From an uncultured virus (IMG/VR IMGVR_UViG_3300011815_000001) (taxonomy: Duplodnaviria; Heunggongvirae; Uroviricota; Caudoviricetes), in IMG/VR virus record IMGVR_UViG_3300011815_000001: 64,000 nt of DNA. One strand, given 5' to 3'. Positions 48,449 to 61,338 of this stretch are shown here, piece by piece (positions within the stretch are counted from its first letter, which is position 1; each line of letters opens with the position of its first letter). The notes beneath the pieces are model-generated. The model did not search any database, was not told the DNA's origin, and worked only from the letters and a program-made list of their open reading frames with translations. A program made the translations under genes and the position numbers.

Positions 48449-50940
48449 TGAATTCCAATAATAGTGTGATTTTATTCGAAATATTAAATAATGAGAGGAT
48501 GGAAATGTGTTTTTAAATTCTGAAAGTATTCATATGTGGGTGTGGGCATCACAACATCCCTATCTTTTTGCAGTAATCTGTTTAGGAACGCCAAGTGTAG
48601 CCGTTTTGATTATGTATCTTGCAAGTAGAATTTTATTTAAGTCGTCAAGAAGAAGATAAATACATAGGAATAAGAATTTAATATGGGAATGGGGAAGCAA
48701 AATGTTAAGTACATATAAGCAAATTTCTGACCTGCAACATGACGCATTGACACAACTAGATCAATTACTGGTCTCATTAGAATCATTACATAAATTAACT
48801 AAATCAGAATTAATTATTGAGGATGAGTGGAAGTTAAAGGATTTACTCAAAACGATTGATATTACAAGTCTGTATTATAAACATGCCATGCTACGCAAGA
48901 TTGATGATTTGCATGGGCTTAAACAACTAGATGAGGAGTTAGAGAGCAATGGATTTAAATATTAAAGAATTAGCCGAACTAGAGATTCAGCGACAAGTGA
49001 AAGAAAAGCTAGGAAGTAAACTTCATTTAGAAGTTCAGAAGGAAATGAAGAAACACGATTATAAACATGATATTCAGTTATATGTAGAAAATGGTTTAAA
49101 GGTGCTGTTGCATAATAGTGATTTACTGGAGCTGATTGATAAAGAAAAGCTACAGAAAGATGTAACAAACATTGTAGCTAAGGAATTACTGAATCGGATG
49201 ACTACGAGCTTCCGATACGAGGATGAAGAAGTAGACTATTTTAATGATTACTAAGGAGGAATAGTGAATGAAATTATTAACACTAGATGATTTAGATTGG
49301 TTACGTGAAAAGAAAAATAATTACTTTAAGAAGAAACAGCCAAACTCATCTCAACCAACACCACTATTTGTCAATGACATATTTAGTGAATCAAATTGGA
49401 ATTGTGGTGAAGCCACCCCTATTCGTAACTTTGTATATGATTTAGAATACAAGGACGCTAAAAGTTGGCAGTATGAATTTGAAGTGGATTACCCTGAATT
49501 TAGTGTGTATCTTGATGGAGATTTATTTATCAATCTACATTATGCAAACGACTATACATACGTACAACTATTAGTCGATGGAGCAACAAATACAGAGTCA
49601 AATGATGGTATGGATATCAAAAGTGACTACTTCACCAATCAGTATTTTATTAAGATTTACAAGCGCAGAGGCGGAATCGAGTCGTTTGTATTAAATGGTA
49701 AGCCGATTAAGCGTAATGAGTATTTAAGTTTATTACATGTTTTACAGTCAGTTGGTATGTTAGAAGAAGGATGAATCAAATAAATTCAAACTTTGAATGA
49801 GATTTAAAAATAAAGGAGGGAATAGCTTTGATTTATTATGTTAAAGAAGGAATGAAAGTAAATCTAACACCAAAAGGACTAAGTGAATTAAGGTTTAATG
49901 TTGAAGCAGATGGAATGGAATATATCTTTATTGAAACTTGGAGCAAAGACGTTAATCAATTAGACGGTGAAATTATGAGCTTAAAGTCTGGAGAAAAGTA
50001 TATTGGTACGATGCATAAAGAATGGTTTTATCATCACGGGAAAAATGTTAATAGTGAAGTGTTTAATTTACTTACGGAGCATGATGTGAAATCTTTTCAA
50101 GCAATATTAGAAGATGGTCGAACAATACATATTAGTTGTTTAAATTAAGTTAAATTAATTACATAAAAGGATGAGCAATTAATGGGAAAAGCTTATGAAA
50201 AATATATTTTAAAGGATAAAGTTATGGATATGAAAGCAAGTGAAGCATCAAAACTTAGCAAAGAAGAAGATTTCTTAGGGTTATTGGGTTGTGGAGTATT
50301 TGTTGTAGGATTTGTATTTGTAGTATCACTTGTCGCATTGATTTTATGGTTCAATAAACTTACGATTTTTATTTCCATCGTTATCTTGTTGGCATTAGGT
50401 GTATTTGGAACGTTATCATACCAGCAATACAAAATATATAAAAAGTTAATTAATAAGGTTAATGAGCGGTTAGGTAATCAAGAAAACTAATAAAATCTAA
50501 TTTTGATTGGGAATAAAATAAAAAGAGGAGAGTGTTATATGAAAACAAATTCAATCACGCAGGAGTACTTAGAGAATCTACGGAGAGATTATTCAGAAGT
50601 AAATAAATTGGTAGAGAATGTCCTCGAACGAACAGTTCAATCCGCAAAAGAGGGAAGTTACGCATCAATTACATGTATTCATAAAGATGAGTATAGTCGA
50701 GATGTCATGCGTAAAGCGTACCAAAAGTTGCGAGAACGAAAATTTTTAGTAGTAGTGGACGAGTTTAAAGAAGAATTCACAGATGGATATATTGGTGAAA
50801 TTAAAATCTATTTAGATTCTAGTGCGTTATTAAAAGGCAATAAGTTAACAGAGGATAATTTTGACTTATTTTTAAGCAAGTTACAGGAATTAAATTCACA
50901 AAATAAGCTAATTTAATTGGATTATAAATGGGGGAATTAA

Positions 50941-51462
50941 ATGACTAAAACAGTATGCTTCACAGGGCATCGTCCTAAACAATTAAACGGGTATAATGTG
51001 AGCGATAATTTGGAAATGTTACTAAAACTAAGAGAAGTAGTTGTTGACCATATTGAAAATAAAGATGTCACGACTTTCATTACGGGTATGGCACAAGGAA
51101 TTGACCAATGGAGTGCTCGAATAGTTAATAAATTAAAAGAAAAATACCCTCATATTAAAGTAGTTGCCGCAGTTCCATGTGCAGAACATTGGAAAGCTTG
51201 GGAATACAATCCTCAAGCTGTGGCAGATTGGCATGAAATCATTGAATTCTGTGATGAAGTTCACTATGTAAGCAATGAGCCATATACCCCTTGGTGTATG
51301 CAAGTTCGTAATGAGTGGATGGTAAATAATTCTGATTACGTAATTGCTGTATGGAATGGAGCACCTAAAGGTGGTACAACAAATTGCGTTAATTATGCTA
51401 AGAAGAAAAACGCTTATATTACTCAGTTACATCCATTTAAATTAGAAGTAAATGAAATTTAA
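50941..51462 (+). CDS. SLOG-family (YspA/DUF1273-like) protein
   Basis: CFTGHRP, FITGMAQGIDQW, MQVRNEWMVNNSD and GGTTNCV motifs. Confidence 0.9.
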   Translation: MTKTVCFTGHRPKQLNGYNVSDNLEMLLKLREVVVDHIENKDVTTFITGMAQGIDQWSARIVNKLKEKYPHIKVVAAVPCAEHWKAWEYNPQAVADWHEIIEFCDEVHYVSNEPYTPWCMQVRNEWMVNNSDYVIAVWNGAPKGGTTNCVNYAKKKNAYITQLHPFKLEVNEI

Positions 51463-51587
51463 GAATTATTAGCATTTTTGCATGTGTAAAACGCAGTGTT
51501 TAAAGGACTTTTTAAGATCAATATTCTCAATAAAACCTGAATTTGAATGAGATTAAAAATTAATATAAAATAAATTATAAAGTATAG

Positions 51588-51616
51588 TTGACAGGTTAAA
51601 GCTTGTCATCTATACT
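51588..51616 (+). promoter_or_regulatory. SigA-type promoter
   Basis: TTGACA-17 bp-TATACT. Confidence 0.75.
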
Positions 51617-51653
51617 GTAAATAAGTCATACAAAATAATAAAACAAAAAGGAG

Positions 51654-52205
51654 TTGGAGAGAATGATTGTTAAGGTTTCATACTTAAGTACATACCGTAA
51701 TCATAAAGATTTTGTAAAGGTACAAGATGGTGAATTTTCACTAGGAGATATCGTAGTAGTGGAAGATGGGCAAGGGACAGAACAATACGGAGTGATTACG
51801 AAAGTTGACTTCAATGGTAAATGTAAATTATCCAAGAAGACAATTAAAATAGCTAATAATTTAGAAAGAATTTACTTTTGGCTAGACTTTGAGAAATTCA
51901 TATTGTATAATAAAGTTAAGTTAAGTAGTCTTGCTGAAGCGAAGTACCGTGAATCAAAAGGCAACAAGTTCTTGAGTCAAGAATACATAGTTAATAAGAT
52001 GACTCGAAACATGCTATTAGTACATAAGCCTAAACGGATCAACGTAGGAGTCAATGAAAGTTTAATCTTCTTCTACGGAGCATTAAGAATCATTTACTCA
52101 AACGGAACTATACATAACATACATAATAAATCGAATTACCCTAAGCGCTGGCAGAAGGATAAAGACAAATATGAATACTTCTCAAAAATTCTAGGAGTGG
52201 ATTGA
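51654..52205 (+). CDS. Hypothetical protein; C-terminal half paralogous to 53726-54079
   Basis: Shared KGN...KMTRN/KLTRN...YGALRI/YGHLKI...SKILG/SKKLG pattern. Confidence 0.65.
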   Translation: MERMIVKVSYLSTYRNHKDFVKVQDGEFSLGDIVVVEDGQGTEQYGVITKVDFNGKCKLSKKTIKIANNLERIYFWLDFEKFILYNKVKLSSLAEAKYRESKGNKFLSQEYIVNKMTRNMLLVHKPKRINVGVNESLIFFYGALRIIYSNGTIHNIHNKSNYPKRWQKDKDKYEYFSKILGVD

Positions 52206-52206
52206 T

Positions 52207-52938
52207 GTGGTCAAACAAACTCGATGGACTGCTGAAGAAAAGCAGTTTGTAAAAGACAATTACGACAAAATGGAATATATAGAAATCGGTACTATCTTAG
52301 ATAGAAGTAAAGATGCTGTTAGGAAACAAGTTAAAGCATTAGGATTGAATAAATTAGAATATTGGACTGAGGAAGAGGATAAATTTCTTCTAAAGCACTA
52401 TGGTAAAACAGCGATTGAATCAATTTCAAAAAAGTTGAACAGAAGTATATTAGCAATTGAACACCGTATCTATATATTAGAAGGTACAGCAAATGCACAT
52501 GAGTATACGGGATATTTAAGCACTGTGGACATGTCTGAAATTACAGGATTAACTAGAATGGCTACTTTAAACATTGTTAAGAAGAAGGAACTGCCTTCAG
52601 TGAAAAGTGGACGAGGCTATCTAGTGTCACCTGATTCATTTTGGAAATGGGTGAAAAATAACACTCATCGAATTAATGCTAAGAAAGTTCCTGATTACGT
52701 ATTAATTGTTTCACCAGAATGGTTTCAGGAAGCAGTTAGGGATTTAATTCGCAAAGAGAACAATAAGGAATTGAAAAGTAAACCTCTTACAGATTTCGAG
52801 AAAACAGTTGCATGGAATATGTTCTTAAAAGGTTGCACTATTAAGGAAATTGCAACAGAGATTAAAAGGGATTATGGAGCAGTTCAGATGATGCTCTATC
52901 GAAAGAAAGTTAAACTTCTAAACAAGAAAGCGAGCTAA
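52207..52938 (+). CDS. Multi-HTH DNA-binding protein
   Basis: WTAEEKQFV and WTEEEDKFL repeats, an excisionase-like middle part and a C-terminal HTH. Confidence 0.7.
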   Translation: MVKQTRWTAEEKQFVKDNYDKMEYIEIGTILDRSKDAVRKQVKALGLNKLEYWTEEEDKFLLKHYGKTAIESISKKLNRSILAIEHRIYILEGTANAHEYTGYLSTVDMSEITGLTRMATLNIVKKKELPSVKSGRGYLVSPDSFWKWVKNNTHRINAKKVPDYVLIVSPEWFQEAVRDLIRKENNKELKSKPLTDFEKTVAWNMFLKGCTIKEIATEIKRDYGAVQMMLYRKKVKLLNKKAS

Positions 52939-53332
52939 TACATATGACGAATCATAAAATTGAAATTAAATATCATGGATTATACGAACAATGGTGTGTA
53001 GTTATTAACGGTGAATATGAACTAGGTTTCATGTTTGATACTGAAAATGAAGCTATTGAATATGCAAACGCATTAAAGGTAGTTGAGCAATGAAATCAGG
53101 AGACATCTTGATTCATAGAATTAGTGGGACGTTTGCTGAAGTAGTTGGCTCACCACATGGTTTTAGTCTAAGTTTTACGATTCGATCATATGTAAGCAAG
53201 ACTAGAGGGTACTCTGAAGAGGAAATACTAAAGGATTGGAGATATCCTAGTTCAGAAGAAATAGAATTACATAACAAAGGCAAATTGAGTATAAAATAAA
53301 TACAAAATAAACTATAATAAGAGAGGTTTTAT

Positions 53333-53725
53333 ATGAGAGCAATAACGGACGCCTCTGTAAAAGGGGGAAAATCTACTCACAGTTACATTTTACAGACATG
53401 GGAAGGTAAGATAATCAAAGAAAGAAAGTTTACTGGACTTGCAGATAGGTCAACAGAAGCAGAAATGAATTCAATTGAAGCATTACTTAAGTATTGTTTG
53501 GATAAAGGATTCACTAAAATTAAGATTTATACTGACTGTAAACCAATAGTAGAAGCAGTCAATGATGGCAAGAATAAGAACATGGATATTACATACTTGG
53601 TTTATTTGTTAAAACAAACCAACTCAAAATTAAGATGGGTTAAGCGGAACAAAGTTGCTCGGTGTGATTACAATTGCAAGAATGTATTCAAGCCCAGAAT
53701 TAAAAAAGGCAAGTTGATTGGTTAG
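53333..53725 (+). CDS. Ribonuclease H-like protein
   Basis: ITDASV, STEAEM, IYTDC and WVKRNKVARCD motifs. Confidence 0.8.
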   Translation: MRAITDASVKGGKSTHSYILQTWEGKIIKERKFTGLADRSTEAEMNSIEALLKYCLDKGFTKIKIYTDCKPIVEAVNDGKNKNMDITYLVYLLKQTNSKLRWVKRNKVARCDYNCKNVFKPRIKKGKLIG

Positions 53726-54896
53726 GTGAATGATATGAAAATGAGAGAAGTTAATGGAATTATGCTTTTAGAGCTTCCTAATTATGCATATCAGAAATTT
53801 AAGAAGGTTACAAAAGGTAATAGAAATACTACGCATGATGAGGCTCAACGAAAATTAACGAGAAATACGTTGTTGGGTAAGACTATACATAAAGATGATA
53901 CATATAATCAAAGGTTGGTTCTGTACGGACATTTAAAGATCAGAATTAATACGACTATTGATGGAAGAGAAGTAATTACAGGTATATGGAATAATTGTAC
54001 GCCTGATCCGTTCTGGATTTTACATGAGAAGAACTATCGAAAAATAAGTAAGAAGCTCGGATTAGAAGTTAATAGATAAAAGGGGATAACACATATGCAA
54101 AAATTCATCGTTACAATTTTACACCAAGGAAAGAAAGTACCTATTAAAGTGAAAGCGAAAGATGAAACTAGCGCAGTCGCATCCATATATAAAACAACTA
54201 ATGCACAAAAAGTATTACATATTGAAACAAGAGAAGATTACAAAAAACGTAATAAAGTATTTGATGTGGTTATGAAAAGTAATTACATTAACACTCGCTC
54301 AACAAAGAGAGATCGAAGAGATTAAATTATATTACATAAAGGAAGTGTACATATGATTGAACGATTCAAAGAACTGTATACAACTATTGACAAATCAGAA
54401 GATGATTTATGGATGTTGATGTGTAAATTTGTAGGACGTAAATTTAATTTTGTAAATGAAGAAGGTCTTAAATATGAAATCTACATTGAATACTTTCGAG
54501 GATTCGACAGGATTGGAGTAGTTCAATATTTTAATGAACAAGGTGAGTGTGTTAATGATGAATGGGGAATTGCTGACCTTTATGACGCTATTAAAAATTC
54601 TACTGAAATTAAGTAACAAGGAGAAAAAGAAATGAAACTATTTGAAGTATATTTTAACAATGGATTAGATTATGAAGATGAGTCATCTTTCAATAGACTA
54701 ATGGTTGCAAAAGATGAAGTTGATATTAAAAAGCTTGCTAATGAGCGGTTACGTAATCATTACGATGAAGAATGGTATAAGGAAGCTTATGTAGAGATCG
54801 AAGAAGTGACTGAGGTGGATGGATTTAAGGTTTCGGTAAATGAATAGGAGTAGGGCTGAAAATGATAATAAATATTAAATAATAAGTAGGTGTAAT

Positions 54897-56345
54897 ATGA
54901 GTGAAAATAAAGAGTATATTAATATTCAAACAGGTGAAGTGTTGGATATTGAGCGTGTTGCTGGGTTGAAGGATAATGCAATACTGAAAGTAAGACCTGA
55001 GATGTGGATTGAATGGGACTTTAAAAAGAATGATGAATCAGGTTTCGATATTTGGAAACTGTCTAAGGGTAGTGAAAAAGTAATATGTCTTATATGCAAA
55101 AATTGTGGACACCCAAGAAGTAAAAGGGTTGATAGTGCAATTAAGGGAGGAAGATGCAAAAAATGTGGATGGGGAAGTAAACTGAGGGAAATTAATTTAG
55201 AATCAGAGTATCCCAGTTTAATAAAAGAATGGAACTTTAATAAAAATGATTTATCGCCTGTGAATTATACCCCAAAAGCTAATCAAAAAGTTTGGTGGGT
55301 ATGTAATAAAGGTCATGAATGGGAAACATATATTTATAATAGAACTAATAATAAATCTGGATGCCCATATTGTAGCGGCTTAAAAGCTTGGAGAGGTGAA
55401 ACAGACATGTGGACAACCAATCCTCTTCTAGCCAGTCTACTACTGAATCCCGAAGATGGATATGAATACACTCAAAACAGTAACCAAAAAGTTGATTGGA
55501 AATGCTCTTGTTGCGAAGAGATAATAAAACAAAGAGTTATTTGTGATATTAACAATCAAGGCTTACCTTGTCCTAAATGTAAAGATAGAATGTCCTTTGG
55601 TGAGAGATTGATGTACTACCTATTAAAAAGTTTAGATATAGAATTTGTATTCGATAGAAAAACTAAGTGGTCAAATAATAGAAAATATGACTTCTACATT
55701 CCTTCGTTAAATTTAATTATCGAGACACATGGGATACAACATTATATCCAAACTAACCGAAAAGGTGCTAGATCACTTGAGGAAGAACAAGCTAACGACA
55801 AATTGAAAGAAAAATTAGCAAAAGAAAACAGTATTGAACACTATATTGTTATTGATTGTAGACATTCCAACCTAGATTTTATTAAAAGAAATATAATGGA
55901 AAGTGGCATAAGATTTTTAGTTGATTTAAGCCATATTCGGTGGGATGAAGTGTACAAAAAGTCATTGCAAACAATAACGAATACTATTGTAAACTTATAT
56001 ACAGAAGGTTTAACATTAGGTGAAATTGCTAATACAACAGGATTCGGAGAAGTGACTATAAAAAATCAACTACTAACAGCGTTTGAGCTTGGATTATGTA
56101 AAAGAAGAATTGGTGACGAAAAGCTTTTTATAAAAATAAGAAAACAAGTTGTACAGCTAGATATAGACTTAAATTACATAAGAACGTGGGATTCAGTACG
56201 TAATGCGACAATTACAGTTACCGGACATGCTAGTGGTAAAATTTCATCCGCTTGTAAGAAACTGAACTCTACAGTACATGGCTACAAGTGGATGTACAAA
56301 GAGGACTACGACAGATACATAAAGGAACAAAATAAAATGGCTTAA
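54897..56345 (+). CDS. Free-standing homing-endonuclease-like protein: zinc-ribbon repeats, PD-(D/E)XK-type nuclease and NUMOD1-like tail
   Basis: KVWWVCNKGHEW...GCPYC repeats, SFGE...YDFYIP...IIETHGIQHY, C-terminal VVQLD...ISSACK...GYKWMY. Confidence 0.75.
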   Translation: MSENKEYINIQTGEVLDIERVAGLKDNAILKVRPEMWIEWDFKKNDESGFDIWKLSKGSEKVICLICKNCGHPRSKRVDSAIKGGRCKKCGWGSKLREINLESEYPSLIKEWNFNKNDLSPVNYTPKANQKVWWVCNKGHEWETYIYNRTNNKSGCPYCSGLKAWRGETDMWTTNPLLASLLLNPEDGYEYTQNSNQKVDWKCSCCEEIIKQRVICDINNQGLPCPKCKDRMSFGERLMYYLLKSLDIEFVFDRKTKWSNNRKYDFYIPSLNLIIETHGIQHYIQTNRKGARSLEEEQANDKLKEKLAKENSIEHYIVIDCRHSNLDFIKRNIMESGIRFLVDLSHIRWDEVYKKSLQTITNTIVNLYTEGLTLGEIANTTGFGEVTIKNQLLTAFELGLCKRRIGDEKLFIKIRKQVVQLDIDLNYIRTWDSVRNATITVTGHASGKISSACKKLNSTVHGYKWMYKEDYDRYIKEQNKMA

Positions 56346-56670
56346 TTACATACAGATATAAATTAATACTACATAACTAAGGAGATTTTCGAATGAAAAG
56401 ATTATTAAATAGAATAAAGAAACTGTTCAAAAAGAAGGAATTAGTAGATGTGATTTCACGGCACGAGGGTAACGTTACTTATGTTGGAAAATCTACTACA
56501 GAAGGTAAACTTATTAAATTTAAAAATGGAAACGGTCTGAATCACTGTTATCCTCATTTGCTTAAAGTGAATTTTAAAGTTGGAGACACTATTCGAGTAG
56601 GCGATGTCTTAGGTAAAAAAGATAGGAATGGAAAGTATAGTCATTTGTAGACAAGTGTATTGTATATTAT

Positions 56671-56700
56671 ATCCCAATAAAATATCCGTTTTATTGGGAT
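56671..56700. repeat. Perfect copy of the boundary site: 12-bp arms with a 6-bp spacer
   Basis: ATCCCAATAAAA-TATCCG-TTTTATTGGGAT. Confidence 0.95.
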
Positions 56701-57439
56701 TCATCATTTTTAGCTAAAATTGAGCAAAATCAGCGTTTTACATAAATATACCTCACAAACGTTGATATATAAGGGTTTGTAGAGGTTTTACATAGATGAT
56801 TTGTTGAGACAGGATTTTATTCCAATCAAATTTTCATTTTATCGGGATTTAAAAGGAATATTACATAATAAGGAAGGTGTTATTAATGGCAGTTAAAGTT
56901 TTATTACGCAACGACAATGAAGTGAATTTTGGAATAGTAGGCGAACCGACTGGCTATTTAGATTTTTGTGTAGGAGATATTGTTATTATAGAAGACAGAA
57001 AAGGGTTGGTTGTAAAACACAAAGATAACTATGGAGTAATGGGTAGGTTATTGCATAGCATTGAAGAACTAGGAAAAGCTCATAAAATTCAACGAGAGTC
57101 GCACCACAGTTTATTAAATTATGCTGATTTAAGTATCATCCATCCTCATATTATGATTGTGGAAATCAATGAGGGATTACTTTCTGTTATTAAACCAGAT
57201 GAAAATGTAGAGAAAAAATCGCTAGATTATTTTACAGAAAAGGTTAACTATAATACAAATTACAGAATCTATTATAAGAATCCACAAGATACATATGATG
57301 ATAAGAAATTTAAAGTGTTTAAAGGTAAGATTGAAAACTTTGTGCCGACTTCAGTTTGTGCATTCTTGAATGATAATGGTGAAATGTTACACGTACACTA
57401 TCGAGATATTATTCAAATGTCACCTATCAAGGAGACTAA

Positions 57440-58907
<1,468 letters not shown>

Positions 58908-59380
58908 ATAATTATTATTAAATAAAAAGGAGAATAAAATGATTTTAGGTAAAGTATTATTAGTATTAATTGTGTTTTATGAAATGTATCGCATCGTAAG
59001 TTTAAAAGATTTTATTCGTACAATTGAAATTATGAATGAAATCAAAACAGCAGAAAAAGGAAGTAAAGAATATTTAAATCTTGGGCATGAAATGCTCAAT
59101 AATAAACAATACATATTCATTGTCATTGCTGAAATTTTATACCTGTTATTTACAGTGATATTATTGTTTACTCCATACTTTATTATTTCAATACTATTGA
59201 TTATACAAGCATTAATTATTAAAAGGATTCAGAAGAAAAATGAACAGCGCAAAATACTGCAAGCTGATTCAATCATCAGTCTTTTAATTATTCTTGCGGG
59301 ATTATTGTTGATCTAATATTAGGGACATTGTAAATAAAAACTAGATTTGATTGGAATTTTGACAGAAAGGAGAGATAGGG

Positions 59381-59611
59381 ATGTTCAATAAGGTTGTTTA
59401 TATTAGCCAATACATAGTTAACTATAAGGATCAAGACACATTTAAACGGTTAAAAGCATTTGGTTCAGTTACATATTCCTCTAAAGTGCTTAATGTTCTG
59501 TTTATTGATACACATAAAGGAATCGAAGCTTTACGGAATGTTGAAGGGGTTACTTTTGTTAAGGAAACATCTAAACGATTGATTAATAATAAACGATACA
59601 TAAAGTCTTAA
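59381..59611 (+). CDS. YlbG-like small protein
   Basis: KRLKAFGSVTYSSKVLN...FVKETS resembles the YlbG pattern LRKFGNVHYVSKRL; weakly similar to 39770-39961. Confidence 0.4.
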   Translation: MFNKVVYISQYIVNYKDQDTFKRLKAFGSVTYSSKVLNVLFIDTHKGIEALRNVEGVTFVKETSKRLINNKRYIKS

Positions 59612-59641
59612 TAAACTTTATAAATTAATATTAAATAATAG

Positions 59642-59670
59642 TTGACTAGTTTTAAAATGTGATGTAATAT
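59642..59670 (+). promoter_or_regulatory. SigA-type promoter
   Basis: TTGACT-17 bp-TAATAT preceded by ATATTAAATAA (59628). Confidence 0.65.
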
Positions 59671-59784
59671 AAAATTAGAAAGTATGAAAGAGGTGAGAAC
59701 AATGTAACTGAATAGAAGATGTCCGTTACCGTAGACTTGTGAAACATAGGGTAGCGACCAATCGCCAAAGGAGAATAATACATA

Positions 59785-60711
59785 ATGAATCAAGAGTTTA
59801 AAAACTTAGACATGTTAATGGAAACTTTAAAGTTAAACCTTAAAAATCAAGATTTTGGAGCTAGTAAAACAATTGTTAATATTTACAACGAGATGCTTCC
59901 CAACACTATAGTAATTCTAAATACAACATTAAAAGGTTGGTACTGCTACAGTGAAAGAGGAGTACTCAACCGTCACCTTGAGGATTTTAAAGAATTAAAT
60001 AAGGAAACTATCAACAAAGTGATTCCTAAACTGATCGCTAGTGGAGAGTTTAAATCATTACATAATCTTCAATATATTCAACAAAAAATGCAAGGGTTTA
60101 TTACAACTTTAGAATCTGTTCCAGAGTCTGAACCTCAGCATGTTTATACGGATGAACAATCGAGTGGTAAAACAAGGGCATTGCTTGACCTCTCAGTTAA
60201 AACAGGAGGACTAATAACACAAGTTAAAGAAGACTTGCGTGGTACAGGTAAAACTACAGAGCTTATTAAGAAAGCGAACGAATTAGATGTTACGTTAATT
60301 GTAGGTACTCATTCTGTAAAAGATTTTATAGATAAACAGGCACGAGAAATGGGATATAAGATTGATTGCAGATACATAAATAACTTAGGAAACATAAGAG
60401 GATTACGACTTAAAAATAGTAAATTTTTAGTGGATGATAGCACTACAAATCAAATCATCAAAGAACTAATCAACAGTGGAAATGAATTTGTGGGAGGATT
60501 TAACTCATTAAGCAACTCCTTAAGTGTACAAGATAAAACATTGGAATTCCTGCGAAGTAAATTAAGCAAGTTAACAGAAGATAGACATGTTGCTGTAAGA
60601 GCTTGCAGTAGCCTTGTTGATAGAGATAGCTTAACTTTGGTGGGTAACTTAAATATGAAAATTAACTTCTTAGAAGAACTATTAGAAGAAATGAAAAATA
60701 ATACAAAATAA
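59785..60711 (+). CDS. Hypothetical protein with P-loop-like motifs
   Basis: QSSGKTRALL, RGTGKTTELI and FLVDD. Confidence 0.55.
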   Translation: MNQEFKNLDMLMETLKLNLKNQDFGASKTIVNIYNEMLPNTIVILNTTLKGWYCYSERGVLNRHLEDFKELNKETINKVIPKLIASGEFKSLHNLQYIQQKMQGFITTLESVPESEPQHVYTDEQSSGKTRALLDLSVKTGGLITQVKEDLRGTGKTTELIKKANELDVTLIVGTHSVKDFIDKQAREMGYKIDCRYINNLGNIRGLRLKNSKFLVDDSTTNQIIKELINSGNEFVGGFNSLSNSLSVQDKTLEFLRSKLSKLTEDRHVAVRACSSLVDRDSLTLVGNLNMKINFLEELLEEMKNNTK

Positions 60712-61338
60712 CAAAAATTAATACTTTAGTGTAGTAAAGTGGGCATTGGTATATCAACGTTTCTAGAGTGTCTAATTCTAATAAAAGCAAAATTTGATTG
60801 GGATTTTACTCGAAAGAGTTAAAATAAATAATATTACATAAAGGAGAGTTTAGAATGACAACATTAAAAGTAAAGATATTAAAATCATTCCAACACAATA
60901 ATAGAGCTGTGGTGGAATTCCACACAACAAATAACGACATACACATCAATGAATTAAACCAAGGTATCGAAGACTTATTCTTATTGGGAATATACCCACG
61001 GATTAAGGAAGTAAATAATGAGACCTTAAATTTAGAGTTTGTTACAGAGAATTTTACACAATTGAGAGTGGGTACATTGGTTAAGTTTAAAGATGAGAAA
61101 TATTTACAAAATCCCGAATATAAATTAAAAAATCAATTCTTTGTTAAGCGATTTACAAAAGAAGAGAATTCATATGAAGTATCAATAGCTCAATTTATAG
61201 ATAATGAGGCTGTGGAAATGATTATTTATGATTCAAATCTAAAAGAATTAGAAGGTAAATTTCAGATTATAGGATAATTTAATAAAGAGTTTTGGGAGAA
61301 TTAAACCCGTCATCAACAATTAAAGGGAGAGTGGGATA

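Larger units (their letters stand above)
37089..51462 (+). other. Right array of small co-oriented hypothetical phage genes
   Basis: Packed small ORFs with RBSs; highest density of boundary sites (12 copies between 37264 and 41631). Confidence 0.8.
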
